Shown: one piece after another, positions 1 to 10,951 of the stretch | How positions within the stretch are numbered: the first letter of the stretch is position 1 | How the letters are laid out: each line of letters starts with the position of its first letter | Source of the DNA: Chitinophagales bacterium | GTDB lineage: Bacteria > Bacteroidota > Bacteroidia > Chitinophagales > JADIYW01 | Direction: 5' to 3' | NCBI GenBank assembly: GCA_046329775.1 | Contig: JAXLTX010000003.1 | Span: 405,391 to 469,390 of the forward strand | DNA: 64,000 nucleotides | Program-made: the position numbers and the translations under genes | Notes under the pieces: model-generated | Told to the model about the DNA's origin: nothing | Seen by the model: only the letters and a program-made list of their open reading frames with translations | Database searches by the model: none

Positions 1-56
1 CTGCTTATGTGTCAGAATTTTTGTAGACATAATTTGAAACAAAGATAAAATAAAAA

Positions 57-90
57 AACATTGGGAAAGTTTTAAAACAATCCCAATGTT
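57..90 (-). terminator. Rho-independent terminator downstream of metY
   Basis: The perfect 10-bp arms aacattggga (57-66) and tcccaatgtt (81-90) are followed on the minus strand by a T-run (the A-run at 51-58 on the plus strand). Confidence 0.6.
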
Positions 91-105
91 ATTAATGTAG
101 TACAA

Positions 106-1419
<1,314 letters not shown>

Positions 1420-1430
1420 TCAATAGACAT

Positions 1431-1503
1431 AAAAAAAGCCTTCCGAAATCAAGGAAGGCTGTATATTTCATTCAAATATTTCAGTTTCAGACAAAGCCTT
1501 CCG
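1431..1503 (-). promoter_or_regulatory. Putative terminator/antiterminator leader (attenuator or riboswitch expression platform) upstream of metY
   Basis: On the minus-strand RNA, AGCCUUCC (1460-1453) can pair with the downstream GGAAGGCU (1444-1437), which is followed by U7. It can alternatively pair with an identical upstream CGGAAGGCUUU (1503-1493). The 11-nt element aaagccttccg is duplicated at 1435-1445 and 1493-1503. Confidence 0.45.
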
Positions 1504-1629
1504 TTTCTGTTTTACAACAGCAGCACATTGCATTGTTCAAAAAGCTTTTCATCAAGACAAACATAGAGAATTAGTTTCTTAAAACAAAATGATGGGGAAT
1601 TATAATTCTTAAATAATGTAAATACCAGA

Positions 1630-1908
1630 TTACCCGATTTCGAGACTGCCTCCATCCTTAATGGTTAATGTACCACCTTTGATTTCCAAACCGCCTTTAA
1701 TTTTTATAGTTGCATTATCTGTAATTTGCACATCCGCGCCATCTCTTATCACCATATTCTGATTGGTATTATCTGTGAGTGTAATGGTAGTATCTACCTG
1801 CGTGCCGCAATGTGTACACTCTATATGTGTTTCATCTATGTCTTTGAAATCGTTACCACCGCATTGAGGGCAAGTAATTTTCTGTTTATCCATATTGAGA
1901 TATTCCAT
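1630..1908 (-). CDS. Small zinc-ribbon protein with a short beta-solenoid-like Gly/Ile-rich tail (hypothetical)
   Basis: This is a 92-aa ORF with the motif CPQCGG...CTHCGT, followed by repetitive IKGG/IKDGG segments. It starts 3 nt after the stop of the upstream esterase gene. Confidence 0.55.
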   Translation of the reverse strand: MEYLNMDKQKITCPQCGGNDFKDIDETHIECTHCGTQVDTTITLTDNTNQNMVIRDGADVQITDNATIKIKGGLEIKGGTLTIKDGGSLEIG

Positions 1909-1911
1909 AAA

Positions 1912-2844
1912 TCAGTAAATTGCCATGGCATCCTGTCTGTCGGCTTTCGTGCTTACCTGCACAGACTTTACAAAATCACCTATTTCATCGATGGCTTTAT
2001 TGGCTTCAGGTACAATGCCGCCGAGATATTGCCAGACATGCATCATGTTTTCATAAATCTCCAGCTGTACTTTCACTCCGGCCTTGTTCATCTTTTGGGC
2101 CATGCGGATGGAATCATCAAATAATACCTCATTACTGCCCACCTGAATCAGGGTAGGCGGAAATCCTTTCACATCTGCGAAGTGCGGAGAAATCAGGGGG
2201 TCGCTGGGATCTGCGTCTCCCAAATATCTTTTGGAGAAAATCCCCAGCAGATGCGGCGTAATCAGGGGATCTTTGTCTTTTTTTGATCTGATGCTATCAC
2301 CGCTGAGTGTCAGGTCTGTCCAGGGAGAAAGCAATACCACACCTGCAGCTTTTTGCAGTCGCTGTTTTCTTATCATTTGCAACAAGGCGAGCGTTAATCC
2401 TCCACCAGCAGAGTCGCCCATGATAAAGATATTTTCGTATCCATCTTCCAGCATTTTCTTATAGGCGGCCAGTGCATCTATAAGAGCGCAAGGGTAGGCG
2501 TTTTCAGGTGCTTTCCGATAATTAATCGCCAGCGCTTTACACCCGGAAGCGCGGGCTATACGGGCTATTAATGCCCTATGTGTATTATAGGATCCAACAA
2601 CATAGCCACCGCCATGCAGATATAAGATGGTCTTGGATTTTCCATATCCATCCGGGATAAACCACGCGGCATCAACACCTGCATACTGCAGCTCTTCCTT
2701 TTTTACAAATCTTGGAAACTTGGTAATATTGGATAAACGTTCAAAGCCAACCCTTACCGTATTGGGTTCTGTCTTGTGTACAAACAAAATGTTCCTGATG
2801 ACATTAATAAAAGTCTTTACCGTATAAATCTGGATACTTTGCAT
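1912..2844 (-). CDS. Alpha/beta hydrolase, family IV (HSL-like) esterase/lipase
   Basis: This is a 310-aa ORF with the HGGG oxyanion motif (LHGGGY) and the GDSAGG nucleophile elbow. Confidence 0.85.
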   Translation of the reverse strand: MQSIQIYTVKTFINVIRNILFVHKTEPNTVRVGFERLSNITKFPRFVKKEELQYAGVDAAWFIPDGYGKSKTILYLHGGGYVVGSYNTHRALIARIARASGCKALAINYRKAPENAYPCALIDALAAYKKMLEDGYENIFIMGDSAGGGLTLALLQMIRKQRLQKAAGVVLLSPWTDLTLSGDSIRSKKDKDPLITPHLLGIFSKRYLGDADPSDPLISPHFADVKGFPPTLIQVGSNEVLFDDSIRMAQKMNKAGVKVQLEIYENMMHVWQYLGGIVPEANKAIDEIGDFVKSVQVSTKADRQDAMAIY

Positions 2845-2999
2845 GAGTTACTTTATGTTACGTAACACCAAATTAACCAATTTTGAGTGCTTCTGGTTTG
2901 ATTTTTAACAAGAAATGTGAAAATTTTATGAACAGCTATGAAATGCTATCGTGTAGAATCAACGGATTTCAGGGCAGAAAACAGGCATATCTGATGTAC

Positions 3000-5966
3000 T
3001 TACACCAATGCATCATACAGCACCTCCACCGGATGCAGTGCGTGCCTTTGGGTGCCATCCTTGATTTGATGGCGGCAGCTGGTACCGGGTGCGGCTATGA
3101 TGGTTTCTGCGTCGGCACTTCTCACAGCCGGAAATAAGACCAACTCTCCTACCTGTATGGAAACGTCGAAATGTTCTTTCTCATATCCGAAACTGCCGGC
3201 CATACCACAGCAGCCGCTTGGAATATTTTCAACATGATAATTTTCCGGCAAACTCATCAGCTGTATGGAAGATTGAACAGACGATAATGCCTTCTGATGG
3301 CAATGTCCGTGCAGTTTTATTTGCTTGGTGGCTTTGGTAAATTGAGCAGATGTTATGTTTCCTTTCTGAATTTCGAGTGCAATAAATTCATCGATGATGA
3401 AACAGTTTTCCGCCAATTTTCTGGCAGCCTGAATTTCACTCTTATCTACCAGTCTCGGGTATTCATCTCTAAAGGATAAAATGGCGGATGGCTCGATACC
3501 AATGAGGGGGACATCGTTATTGATCCAGGTTTTAAAGATGGCAACATTCTCTTTCGCCAGTTTCTGCGCTTCCTGTATCAAGCCTTTTGACAAATGCGCA
3601 CGACCACTATCGGCGTGTTCAATATATGCAATCTCGTAGCCGAGTTTTGTCAGTAGTTTTAGCGCCTTGATGCCAATCTCCACATCATTATAATTGGTAA
3701 ACTCATCAAAAAAGAAATACACTTTTCCTTTTTGCGGAATTTTCAATTCCAACTCCTTCGTGTTTTTCTTATACCAGCTTAACAGCGTTTCTTTGTAATA
3801 CAAGGGCATCGAACGATTCGGTGCAATCCTCAGTATTTTCTTCAATAATCCGGATGTGAATCTATTGGTCAATCCAAAATTGCTGAGAGATGGGAATAAC
3901 ATGGCCAATTTGCTTAACTGTCCGATATTTGCAATCGCTTTTGTTCGCAAGGGCACGCCATTCTCTTTATAATACTGATGTAGGAATTCCGCTTTCAGTG
4001 TCGTGATGTCCACATTAGACGGGCATTCGGAGGAGCATCCCTTACAACTGAGGCATAAGTCCATCACTTCATAGACTTCCTTGTGATTGAACTTATTCGC
4101 TTGTTCTGAATTTGTCAGGAAATCTCTCAAAATATTCGCGCGCGCGCGCGTGGTGTCTTTTTCATTTCGGGTAGCCATATAAGACGGACACATGGTGCCT
4201 CCGCTGCCCGGCAATTTGCGGCAATCGCCGCTTCCGTTGCATTTTTCTGCAGCACGCAGAATCCCTTCGTCTCTATCGAAATTGAAGACTGTATCAAACT
4301 GTCGGGTCTCCTGATTTTCTTCATATCTCAAAGAGGTATCCATCGGCGGCGTATCAACAATCTTACCCGGATTCAGGATATTATTGGCGTCAAACGTGTA
4401 TTTCAGCCTGCGCAACAATTGATAATTCTTCTCTCCTACCATCAGCGGAATAAACTCTCCCCTTACGCGACCATCGCCATGCTCTCCACTCAGGGAACCT
4501 TTATATTTTTTTACGAGATGCGCCGTCTCCGTAGCAATGGTTCTGAACAATACCCGATCTTCTCTTTTCTTCAAATCCAGGATAGGGCGCAAATGCAATT
4601 CGCCCGCCCCGGCATGCGCGTAATACACGCTGCGCTGCTGATGGCTGTTCATCATATCGGTAAACTCGCCGATATATGCCGGCAAATCATCCACAGCCAC
4701 GGCCGTATCTTCAATCACGGCCACCGCCTTTGCATCGCCGGGAATATTGGCCAGAAGCCCCAAACCTGCCTTGCGCAGGGTCCATATCTTGTTGATGTCA
4801 TTTCCATACAGATAAGGGAAATGATATCCTATATTTTCCTTCTCAAAATCATTTTGCAATGCTTTTGCTTTGGTATCAATTTCTTCTTTCGTTTCCCCGT
4901 GAAACTCCACACATAAAATGGCTTCTGGATCTCCTTTTACAAAAAAACGGTTTTTGCGCTGTTCTATATTTTCTTTGGTGCAATCCAGGATTATCTTGTC
5001 AATCAGCTCACAGGCACTCGGCTGATGCTTCATGGCAATTACCGTGGCTCGTAAACTTTCTTCCAGCGTCTTGAAATGGATGGCGACAACGACACTCTCT
5101 TTGGGTGGAATCGGCACCAGATTTAATTTTATTTCCGTAATGAAAGCTAAGGTTCCCTCACTGCCGCAAATCAGTTCACACATATTGAACGGCTTGCCGT
5201 TTTCGGCAAATGGCTGTTGCTTCAGCAATTCATCCACAGCATAGCCTGTATTTCTGCGATGTATTTTCTGATTCGGGAATTGCTGCAGAATCTCTGCCTG
5301 CATTTCCTTGTCGGATAACTCTTGCTGCAAAAATTTATAAATAGCGCCTTCCAGATTTCCCTGCTGTGTTTTCTTGTAGAAATCCTGTGTCGTGATATTT
5401 CCGAAAACCACTTCCGAGCCATCACTCAAAAACCCTGAAAGCTCAAGCACATGGTCGCGCGTGCTGCCATATACGATAGAATTGGCACCGCAGGAATTGT
5501 TACCCACCATACCGCCTATCATGGCGCGGTTGGCGGTAGACGTTTCAGGTGCAAAGAACAGTCCGGAAGATTTCAACTGACGGTTCAGTTCATCGCGTAC
5601 TACACCGGGCTGCACGATGCAGTAGTTATGCTCCTTGTTTATTTCAAGAATATTGTTGAAATGTTTGGAAACATCCACCACGATGCCGCCGCCCACCACC
5701 TGACCACCAAGCGAAGTGCCGGCCGTACGGGGAATGACAGACGTCTTATGTCTGGCTGCAAAATGCAGCAAGGTCTGAATATCCTTCCCGGATTTCGGGT
5801 AACACACCGCTGTCGGATATTCCTTATACACCGAGGCATCTGTGGCATACAGTGCACGCATGGTATCATTAAAAAATAATTCGCCTTCTAAGGAAGAAGC
5901 CAACTGTTCCAGTAATGCGGTGTCGAAGTTTTGTTTCATTTTACGGTACTTCAATGCGGTAGGCAA
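3000..5966 (-). CDS. FAD-binding plus (Fe-S)-binding oxidoreductase (GlcD-like FAD-linked oxidase fused to a GlcF-like 4Fe-4S/CCG domain)
   Basis: This is a 988-aa ORF. It has an N-terminal FAD_binding_4-like region and the cluster motif CLSCKGCSSECP. The C-terminal Cys-rich CCG-type motifs include CCGMAGSFG. Confidence 0.85.
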   Translation of the reverse strand: MPTALKYRKMKQNFDTALLEQLASSLEGELFFNDTMRALYATDASVYKEYPTAVCYPKSGKDIQTLLHFAARHKTSVIPRTAGTSLGGQVVGGGIVVDVSKHFNNILEINKEHNYCIVQPGVVRDELNRQLKSSGLFFAPETSTANRAMIGGMVGNNSCGANSIVYGSTRDHVLELSGFLSDGSEVVFGNITTQDFYKKTQQGNLEGAIYKFLQQELSDKEMQAEILQQFPNQKIHRRNTGYAVDELLKQQPFAENGKPFNMCELICGSEGTLAFITEIKLNLVPIPPKESVVVAIHFKTLEESLRATVIAMKHQPSACELIDKIILDCTKENIEQRKNRFFVKGDPEAILCVEFHGETKEEIDTKAKALQNDFEKENIGYHFPYLYGNDINKIWTLRKAGLGLLANIPGDAKAVAVIEDTAVAVDDLPAYIGEFTDMMNSHQQRSVYYAHAGAGELHLRPILDLKKREDRVLFRTIATETAHLVKKYKGSLSGEHGDGRVRGEFIPLMVGEKNYQLLRRLKYTFDANNILNPGKIVDTPPMDTSLRYEENQETRQFDTVFNFDRDEGILRAAEKCNGSGDCRKLPGSGGTMCPSYMATRNEKDTTRARANILRDFLTNSEQANKFNHKEVYEVMDLCLSCKGCSSECPSNVDITTLKAEFLHQYYKENGVPLRTKAIANIGQLSKLAMLFPSLSNFGLTNRFTSGLLKKILRIAPNRSMPLYYKETLLSWYKKNTKELELKIPQKGKVYFFFDEFTNYNDVEIGIKALKLLTKLGYEIAYIEHADSGRAHLSKGLIQEAQKLAKENVAIFKTWINNDVPLIGIEPSAILSFRDEYPRLVDKSEIQAARKLAENCFIIDEFIALEIQKGNITSAQFTKATKQIKLHGHCHQKALSSVQSSIQLMSLPENYHVENIPSGCCGMAGSFGYEKEHFDVSIQVGELVLFPAVRSADAETIIAAPGTSCRHQIKDGTQRHALHPVEVLYDALV

Positions 5967-6041
5967 GGATGTTTACAGGTTAAATTTACAAAATGCGGCA
6001 GGATACTTGGCGGAACTTGTCAGAATTAATGATTTAAAAAT

Positions 6042-6066
6042 AAAAAAGCCTCCTTTGAAAGAGGCT
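6042..6066 (-). terminator. Terminator of the 137-aa gene
   Basis: The stem agcctc (6047-6052) / gaggct (6061-6066) is followed by a T-run on the minus strand. Confidence 0.5.
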
Positions 6067-6098
6067 CACGTAAACAACATCATTTTATATCTCAGGTA

Positions 6099-6512
6099 TT
6101 ACTTCTTCACCTTGATGAACTGGTTGTCGATGTTCTCGAAATTGGAATACAGGAAATTGTAATCAATGGCATTTTCCTTACCATATTCATTCAGAATCAG
6201 TTTTCCGTTCTTTTCGGTCCATTTCCCGTCGATGGAGTAGTTTTTCACCCTGAAATAATCCTGCGGTGAAATGGGTACTACCTGCACAAACTGGTGGTAA
6301 GTACCATCCGAGTTCAGAGAGAGATAGAAAATTTTCTTGGCCACTCCGTCTTCCGGTGAGTATTTCGTCTGATCCTGCTCATATTTCCAGATACTCCGGA
6401 TAACAGCCTCCGTATTTTTGTCTGTATCATTATTGCTTGCGAAGACCGTAAACGGTACAAAAATGAACACCAGCATGTAAAACTGTACTAATATTTTGTA
6501 TATCTTTCTCAT
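6099..6512 (-). CDS. Secreted hypothetical protein
   Basis: This is a 137-aa ORF with a hydrophobic N-terminal signal-like segment. No family was recognised. Confidence 0.5.
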   Translation of the reverse strand: MRKIYKILVQFYMLVFIFVPFTVFASNNDTDKNTEAVIRSIWKYEQDQTKYSPEDGVAKKIFYLSLNSDGTYHQFVQVVPISPQDYFRVKNYSIDGKWTEKNGKLILNEYGKENAIDYNFLYSNFENIDNQFIKVKK

Positions 6513-6767
6513 ACACTAAAGTTTTATTTTTTCACCCCCCGCCCCGACATAGAATTTACACAATATCATATATAACTATAACACGCAACTGGCACAAAAA
6601 GTTTCATTGGAGAATGAAACTTTGAAATTCTAGGGTAATGAAGTTCTAAATACTTTAGGGTCTTGTTAAAAGCCGTAAACAACAGATTAAAAGAGAGAGA
6701 AACGTAAACAAATCTGTTTGTTGATACAATATTACATCAAGCTTTACAACCCGTAAGGGCAACTTTG

Positions 6768-6818
6768 TAAATGGCAGTTTAAACACAATAAGTGGCAGAT
6801 TTGGCTTTATAAGTGGCA
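6768..6818. repeat. Three phased direct repeats of TAARTGGCA with 21-bp periodicity
   Basis: The copies are taaatggca at 6768-6776, taagtggca at 6789-6797 and taagtggca at 6810-6818. Confidence 0.6.
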
Positions 6819-6827
6819 AAAAAGACA

Positions 6828-6855
6828 AAATCCGTTGATAAACATCAACGGATTT
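6828..6855 (-). terminator. Rho-independent terminator of the M13 peptidase gene
   Basis: A perfect 12-bp stem, aaatccgttgat / atcaacggattt, has the loop aaac. On the minus strand it is followed by gtctttttt. Confidence 0.7.
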
Positions 6856-6908
6856 GGATAATAACTATAAATAACTAATTAAAAAACAGATACTTATACA
6901 AATACCTT

Positions 6909-8930
6909 TTACCAGATTTTAACGCGCTCTGCGGGAGTGCGATACATTTTAGTGCCGGGTTCTATATTGAATGCATTGTAGAAATCATCCATATTGGAGA
7001 ATGGTCCGTTTACACGCAGGAATGCAGGCGAATGTACATCCGTCAGTACGCGGGTAGCCAGTTCCTCATCGCGCTGATGACCTAACCAACCCAGTGCATA
7101 GCCTAGGAAGTATCGTTGTAACGGAGTTAATCCATCAATCGGTTTTCCTTCTTTGTACTGTGTCGTTTTCTTGAAAGCGTCTAATGCAATCACCAGACCG
7201 CCCAAGTCGGCAATATTCTCGCCCAAGGTGGCCTTGCCATTGATATGCATGGAATCCAGCACCACATAATTATCAAACTGGTCGATGTATTTCTGTGCCT
7301 TTTCATTGAACTTCTTTTCATCCTCTTCCAGCCACCAGTTTTGCAGGTTTCCCTTATCGTCAAACTGTCGACCTTCATCATCAAAACCATGGGTGATTTC
7401 ATGGCCAATAGTAGAGGCCGCCGCATATCCGTAGATGACTGCATCGTCTATATCTTCATCCCGGAATCCCGGAATGACAAAAATACCCGCCGGCAATACG
7501 ATTTCATTGTTGGACGGATTGTAGTATGCATTATACGTTTGCGGTGTCATGTCCCATTCGGTTCTGTCCACCGGCTTGTTGAGTTTGCCGATATTGTAAC
7601 GGAACCAGAATTTGTTGGCGTTTCTGATATTCTCAACCAGTGATTTATCGTTGGTCACCAGAGAAGAAAAATCTTTCCAGGTGGCGGGATATCCGACTTT
7701 CTTGGTGACGGAGTTTAATTTTTGCAGGGATTTCTGTTTGGTAGCCTCACTCATCCAGTCCAGGTTCTTGATGCGTTCTGCAAAGGCGGCAAACACATCA
7801 TCGCATAGACGTTCGTAACGCTGTTTGGTGGCCGGTGTGAAATTATCCTTCACATACAATTGTCCCAGAATTTCGCCCATGGCGCTTTCCTCCCATTGCA
7901 GCGCACGTTTCCAGCGCGGCAATTGTTCCTGTCTTCCTCTGATTACCTTTCCGTAAAAGCGAAAATCCTCGTTGTTTACTTTCTTTGGAAGATAATCCGC
8001 ATAGTTGGAAATCAGGTGAAAACGCAGGTAGTTTTTCCAAACCGCCAGCGATGTCTTTTTCCAGATGCTGTTCAGTCGGGTGAAGAATTCCGGTTGACCA
8101 ACAATCACGGAGTCGGTTTTGATATTCAGTTCTTTAAACACCTCGGTCCAGTTGATGGATGGCGTCAGCTGATTCAATTGAGCTACGGACATCTTATTGT
8201 AATTCTCATATGGATCGCGCAGATCTTCCAGTTTTCTGGATTGCTCCGCCAGTCCTTTTTCCAGTTCATAAACGCCGGTCGCTCCTGTTGTAAAGTCCGG
8301 ATGAATGAATTCCAGCATTCTGCCGAGGTGTTTGTTCTTGTAGTCTTTCACAATTTTCACCGTGCGCTCATCCTTGTTGAAATAGTAGTCGCGGTTAGGC
8401 AGTCCCAAGCCGCCCTGAGACAGATACAGCGCGTTGACATCGCTGTTTTTCATATCCTGATAAACGCCCAGATCAAAAGCCACGGGAACGCCGATGGAGT
8501 GCAGATGCGTTATGGCCTTCAGCAAGGTAGCTTTATCTTTGATGGCATTGATCATCTTGAGTTCCGCCGCAATGGGGCTTAATTTCTGCTTTTCGATGGA
8601 AACGGTATCCATGGCGGTACGATAGAAATTGGCAATCATTCGGGTATTGTTTTCCACCTTATCCAGTGTCTTATTTTGCAGTACTGCATTTTCACTGATG
8701 GTCCTGAGTTTTGTCCAAACATCTTCCTGCACCAGGTTGCCGATGCCCCATTGTGAATACGCTGCCGGAATAGGATTCTGTTTGATCCAGCCACCGTTGG
8801 CGTATTTGAAGAAGTCATCACCTGGCTTGGCGGTTTTGTCGATATTCTTTCCCACCACATCATTTTGCTGTGCAAATGACAGTAGTGAAAGTGAGAGTGA
8901 AAGTGAAAGTGCTATTAGTCTTTTCATCAA
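6909..8930 (-). CDS. pepO: M13 family zinc metallopeptidase (neprilysin / endothelin-converting-enzyme / PepO-like)
   Basis: This is a 673-aa ORF with a signal peptide and the HEITHGFDD zinc motif. The downstream GENIADLGG and NAYY motifs are typical of M13. Confidence 0.9.
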   Translation of the reverse strand: MMKRLIALSLSLSLSLLSFAQQNDVVGKNIDKTAKPGDDFFKYANGGWIKQNPIPAAYSQWGIGNLVQEDVWTKLRTISENAVLQNKTLDKVENNTRMIANFYRTAMDTVSIEKQKLSPIAAELKMINAIKDKATLLKAITHLHSIGVPVAFDLGVYQDMKNSDVNALYLSQGGLGLPNRDYYFNKDERTVKIVKDYKNKHLGRMLEFIHPDFTTGATGVYELEKGLAEQSRKLEDLRDPYENYNKMSVAQLNQLTPSINWTEVFKELNIKTDSVIVGQPEFFTRLNSIWKKTSLAVWKNYLRFHLISNYADYLPKKVNNEDFRFYGKVIRGRQEQLPRWKRALQWEESAMGEILGQLYVKDNFTPATKQRYERLCDDVFAAFAERIKNLDWMSEATKQKSLQKLNSVTKKVGYPATWKDFSSLVTNDKSLVENIRNANKFWFRYNIGKLNKPVDRTEWDMTPQTYNAYYNPSNNEIVLPAGIFVIPGFRDEDIDDAVIYGYAAASTIGHEITHGFDDEGRQFDDKGNLQNWWLEEDEKKFNEKAQKYIDQFDNYVVLDSMHINGKATLGENIADLGGLVIALDAFKKTTQYKEGKPIDGLTPLQRYFLGYALGWLGHQRDEELATRVLTDVHSPAFLRVNGPFSNMDDFYNAFNIEPGTKMYRTPAERVKIW

Positions 8931-9039
8931 AAATGTATTAGGTTGCTAAATTAGTGAATAAAATGCTGGGAATATTACAAGACAAACGGATTATTTATGA
9001 TGAATACCGATATGTCAGATTGAGCGCATCTTGCATCGA

Positions 9040-9486
9040 TTAAAAAATATCAAAGGAATCTTCCGATGATTCCCAGGCTGTTCTGTCGCCGTAAGTATTC
9101 AACTCCAGCATGTGGTAATCATCGGCAGCAATTTCGCTGTTAAAGGCCTTAAAATCATGACACTGGCAGATGTCCAGAACTTTTCCCTGTTTGACATCAA
9201 TGATGAGGTCCATGCGATGTTTGGAGTGGTTGCCGACAAAGGAATATCCGCCGTCACAAGCATTCGGACAAATATCGCTGTTGCAAAACCCGGGATGTCC
9301 GACCAGTTTAGTGTTTTTATTATGCCTGAAGATATTGAACACGTTTCCCAGTGTTTCTATAAAAGTTGCCTTGGATACATTCTGATAGGTTTTATCCTCA
9401 TCCAGAATCAGCTCCACCATTTCAATATCCATTTCCTGAATGTAATAGATGACAGCTTCGGATTGCGTGGTGGGTTTGGTTGACAT
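9040..9486 (-). CDS. Cys/His-rich hypothetical protein co-transcribed with the helicase
   Basis: The ORF spans 9040-9525. I prefer the ATG at 9486 (MSTKPTT...), which lies 19 nt after the helicase stop. The protein carries the segment HPGFCNSDICPNACDGG...CQCHDF. No family was recognised. Confidence 0.55.
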   Translation of the reverse strand: MSTKPTTQSEAVIYYIQEMDIEMVELILDEDKTYQNVSKATFIETLGNVFNIFRHNKNTKLVGHPGFCNSDICPNACDGGYSFVGNHSKHRMDLIIDVKQGKVLDICQCHDFKAFNSEIAADDYHMLELNTYGDRTAWESSEDSFDIF

Positions 9487-9505
9487 ACTATGATTAAAAG
9501 TTTGA

Positions 9506-10867
9506 CTAGTACAATAATAATTCATTTTGTGCTCTGGTGATGGCAGTATATTGCCATTTTAAATTTGGAATATAGTAAGTATTTACATAAACATTTTTCC
9601 ATTCACCGCCTTGAGCTTTATTGCAAGTAATAGAATGACCATAGGTTAATCTTATCGCACCAATATAACGGTCGTCTTTTGCATTCTTAGATTCACGATA
9701 TACATTATTTTTAGCGAATCTGTCGTGACGTAACTGTTTCTCTTTTTCTAATGTAAGAACACCACTTGGATTTGTTATACTATCCAGTAAAATATAGTCG
9801 TCAATAATTTCATCTTTGCCTTCTATATTTTTTGCTTTTAATTTTATGGGCATAAAATGTAACCCAGCTACCAATTCTGTATGTGTTGCATCAAAATCTT
9901 CCACAATTACGTGGTCGCCATTAAACAATCGCTGTCCGTTTCTTTCCCAGCTTTGTGTTACCAGTAAGTAATCTCCTTTTTCAATCATCTTGCAGTTTTT
10001 CCCAAACAACTTCTCTCGAACAATACTATTAAATAATTGATTACTGTTGTGTGAACAGGCAATCGAAATACTGTTATCCGGTCCATTTTTTTTGAACTCA
10101 TTCAGATAATGGGTTGTTGCTCCTGCAATCCTGCCACCAAACTTAAAGCATTCTAATTTTGAAAACGTTTTATTGTTTTCAATGGCGATTCTTGTATTAA
10201 TGGCATTCTTCATGATTTTACTTCCATCTTCCTGACGTTTGACCTCTGTAAGTATCTGATGATTACCTTTCCAATTGAATTTTGTTTCCAGATATTCCGG
10301 TAATAACGCATAGGAATTTTGTTCGTTGATGGGCGGCAATTGATTTCTGTCGCCTAAAAATATAATCTTGCTGTTAGCATGGTGTTGCTTTACAAATTTC
10401 ACCAAATCTACCAGTAAAGAATTATCACTCAGAAACAAGCTATCTTCCTGTTTATAGGTTTCTGCGTTTATCATAGATGCTTCATCTATAATGAAGATAG
10501 AAGGTGCATCTTCCTCATTGTCTCTCTGTTTTAGGGTGTACTTGATTTCACCTGTTTCAGGATTGCAATTAACCAAATAAATCATGGAATGAATAGTGGA
10601 ACTCAACACCTTGGATTTTCTCCCTAAGATACGCGCTGCACGTCCCGTTGGAGCGGCAATACAATATCCGATTTCCCTGTTGTTCATATAACCCACCAAG
10701 GCTGTGGTAATGGATGTTTTTCCCGTACCCGCAGCACCGCACAAAATAAAGAAGTCGTCATTATTCTCCGGATTTACAAATGCTGCCATAGCCAATAAAG
10801 CAGCTTTTTGTTCCTGTGTAGGGCAGTCAAATTGTAAAAAATCAAGGATGGAGATACCGTTTTGCAT
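9506..10867 (-). CDS. SF1B RecD/Dda/Pif1-like ATP-dependent DNA helicase
   Basis: It has the Walker A motif GAAGTGKTS, the Walker B-like motif FIIDEASM, and the C-terminal motif VI-like TCNKAQGGEW...YTAITRAQNEL. The start was moved to the ATG at 10867 because the longer ORF runs over a promoter/operator-like region. Confidence 0.8.
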   Translation of the reverse strand: MQNGISILDFLQFDCPTQEQKAALLAMAAFVNPENNDDFFILCGAAGTGKTSITTALVGYMNNREIGYCIAAPTGRAARILGRKSKVLSSTIHSMIYLVNCNPETGEIKYTLKQRDNEEDAPSIFIIDEASMINAETYKQEDSLFLSDNSLLVDLVKFVKQHHANSKIIFLGDRNQLPPINEQNSYALLPEYLETKFNWKGNHQILTEVKRQEDGSKIMKNAINTRIAIENNKTFSKLECFKFGGRIAGATTHYLNEFKKNGPDNSISIACSHNSNQLFNSIVREKLFGKNCKMIEKGDYLLVTQSWERNGQRLFNGDHVIVEDFDATHTELVAGLHFMPIKLKAKNIEGKDEIIDDYILLDSITNPSGVLTLEKEKQLRHDRFAKNNVYRESKNAKDDRYIGAIRLTYGHSITCNKAQGGEWKNVYVNTYYIPNLKWQYTAITRAQNELLLY

Positions 10868-10902
10868 AACTTTTAATTTATGTACCAAAGTTACGATGCA
10901 TG

Positions 10903-10921
10903 TGTGCAGTGAAAGTGCACA
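10903..10921. promoter_or_regulatory. Palindromic operator-like site TGTGCA-N7-TGCACA in the helicase promoter
   Basis: The site reads tgtgca gtgaaag tgcaca followed by gaaaactaattt. It lies just upstream (on the minus strand) of a TAacTTTG -7-like box (10893-10886), about 18 nt before the ATG at 10867. Confidence 0.6.
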
Positions 10922-10951
10922 GAAAACTAATTTATAACTAAATAGAATCAA

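Noticed and set aside
4137-4150. A (CG)7 dinucleotide repeat.
   Set aside because: It lies in frame inside the FAD/Fe-S oxidoreductase, encoding ...TRARANI.... There is no frameshift and no evidence of phase variation. It is probably incidental, though it has Z-DNA-forming potential.
10868-10951. An N-terminal 28-codon extension of the helicase ORF (MILFSYKLVFCALSLHTCIVTLVHKLKV).
   Set aside because: The extension covers the palindromic operator and the -7-like box and has no helicase-like sequence. The internal ATG at 10867 is the more plausible start.
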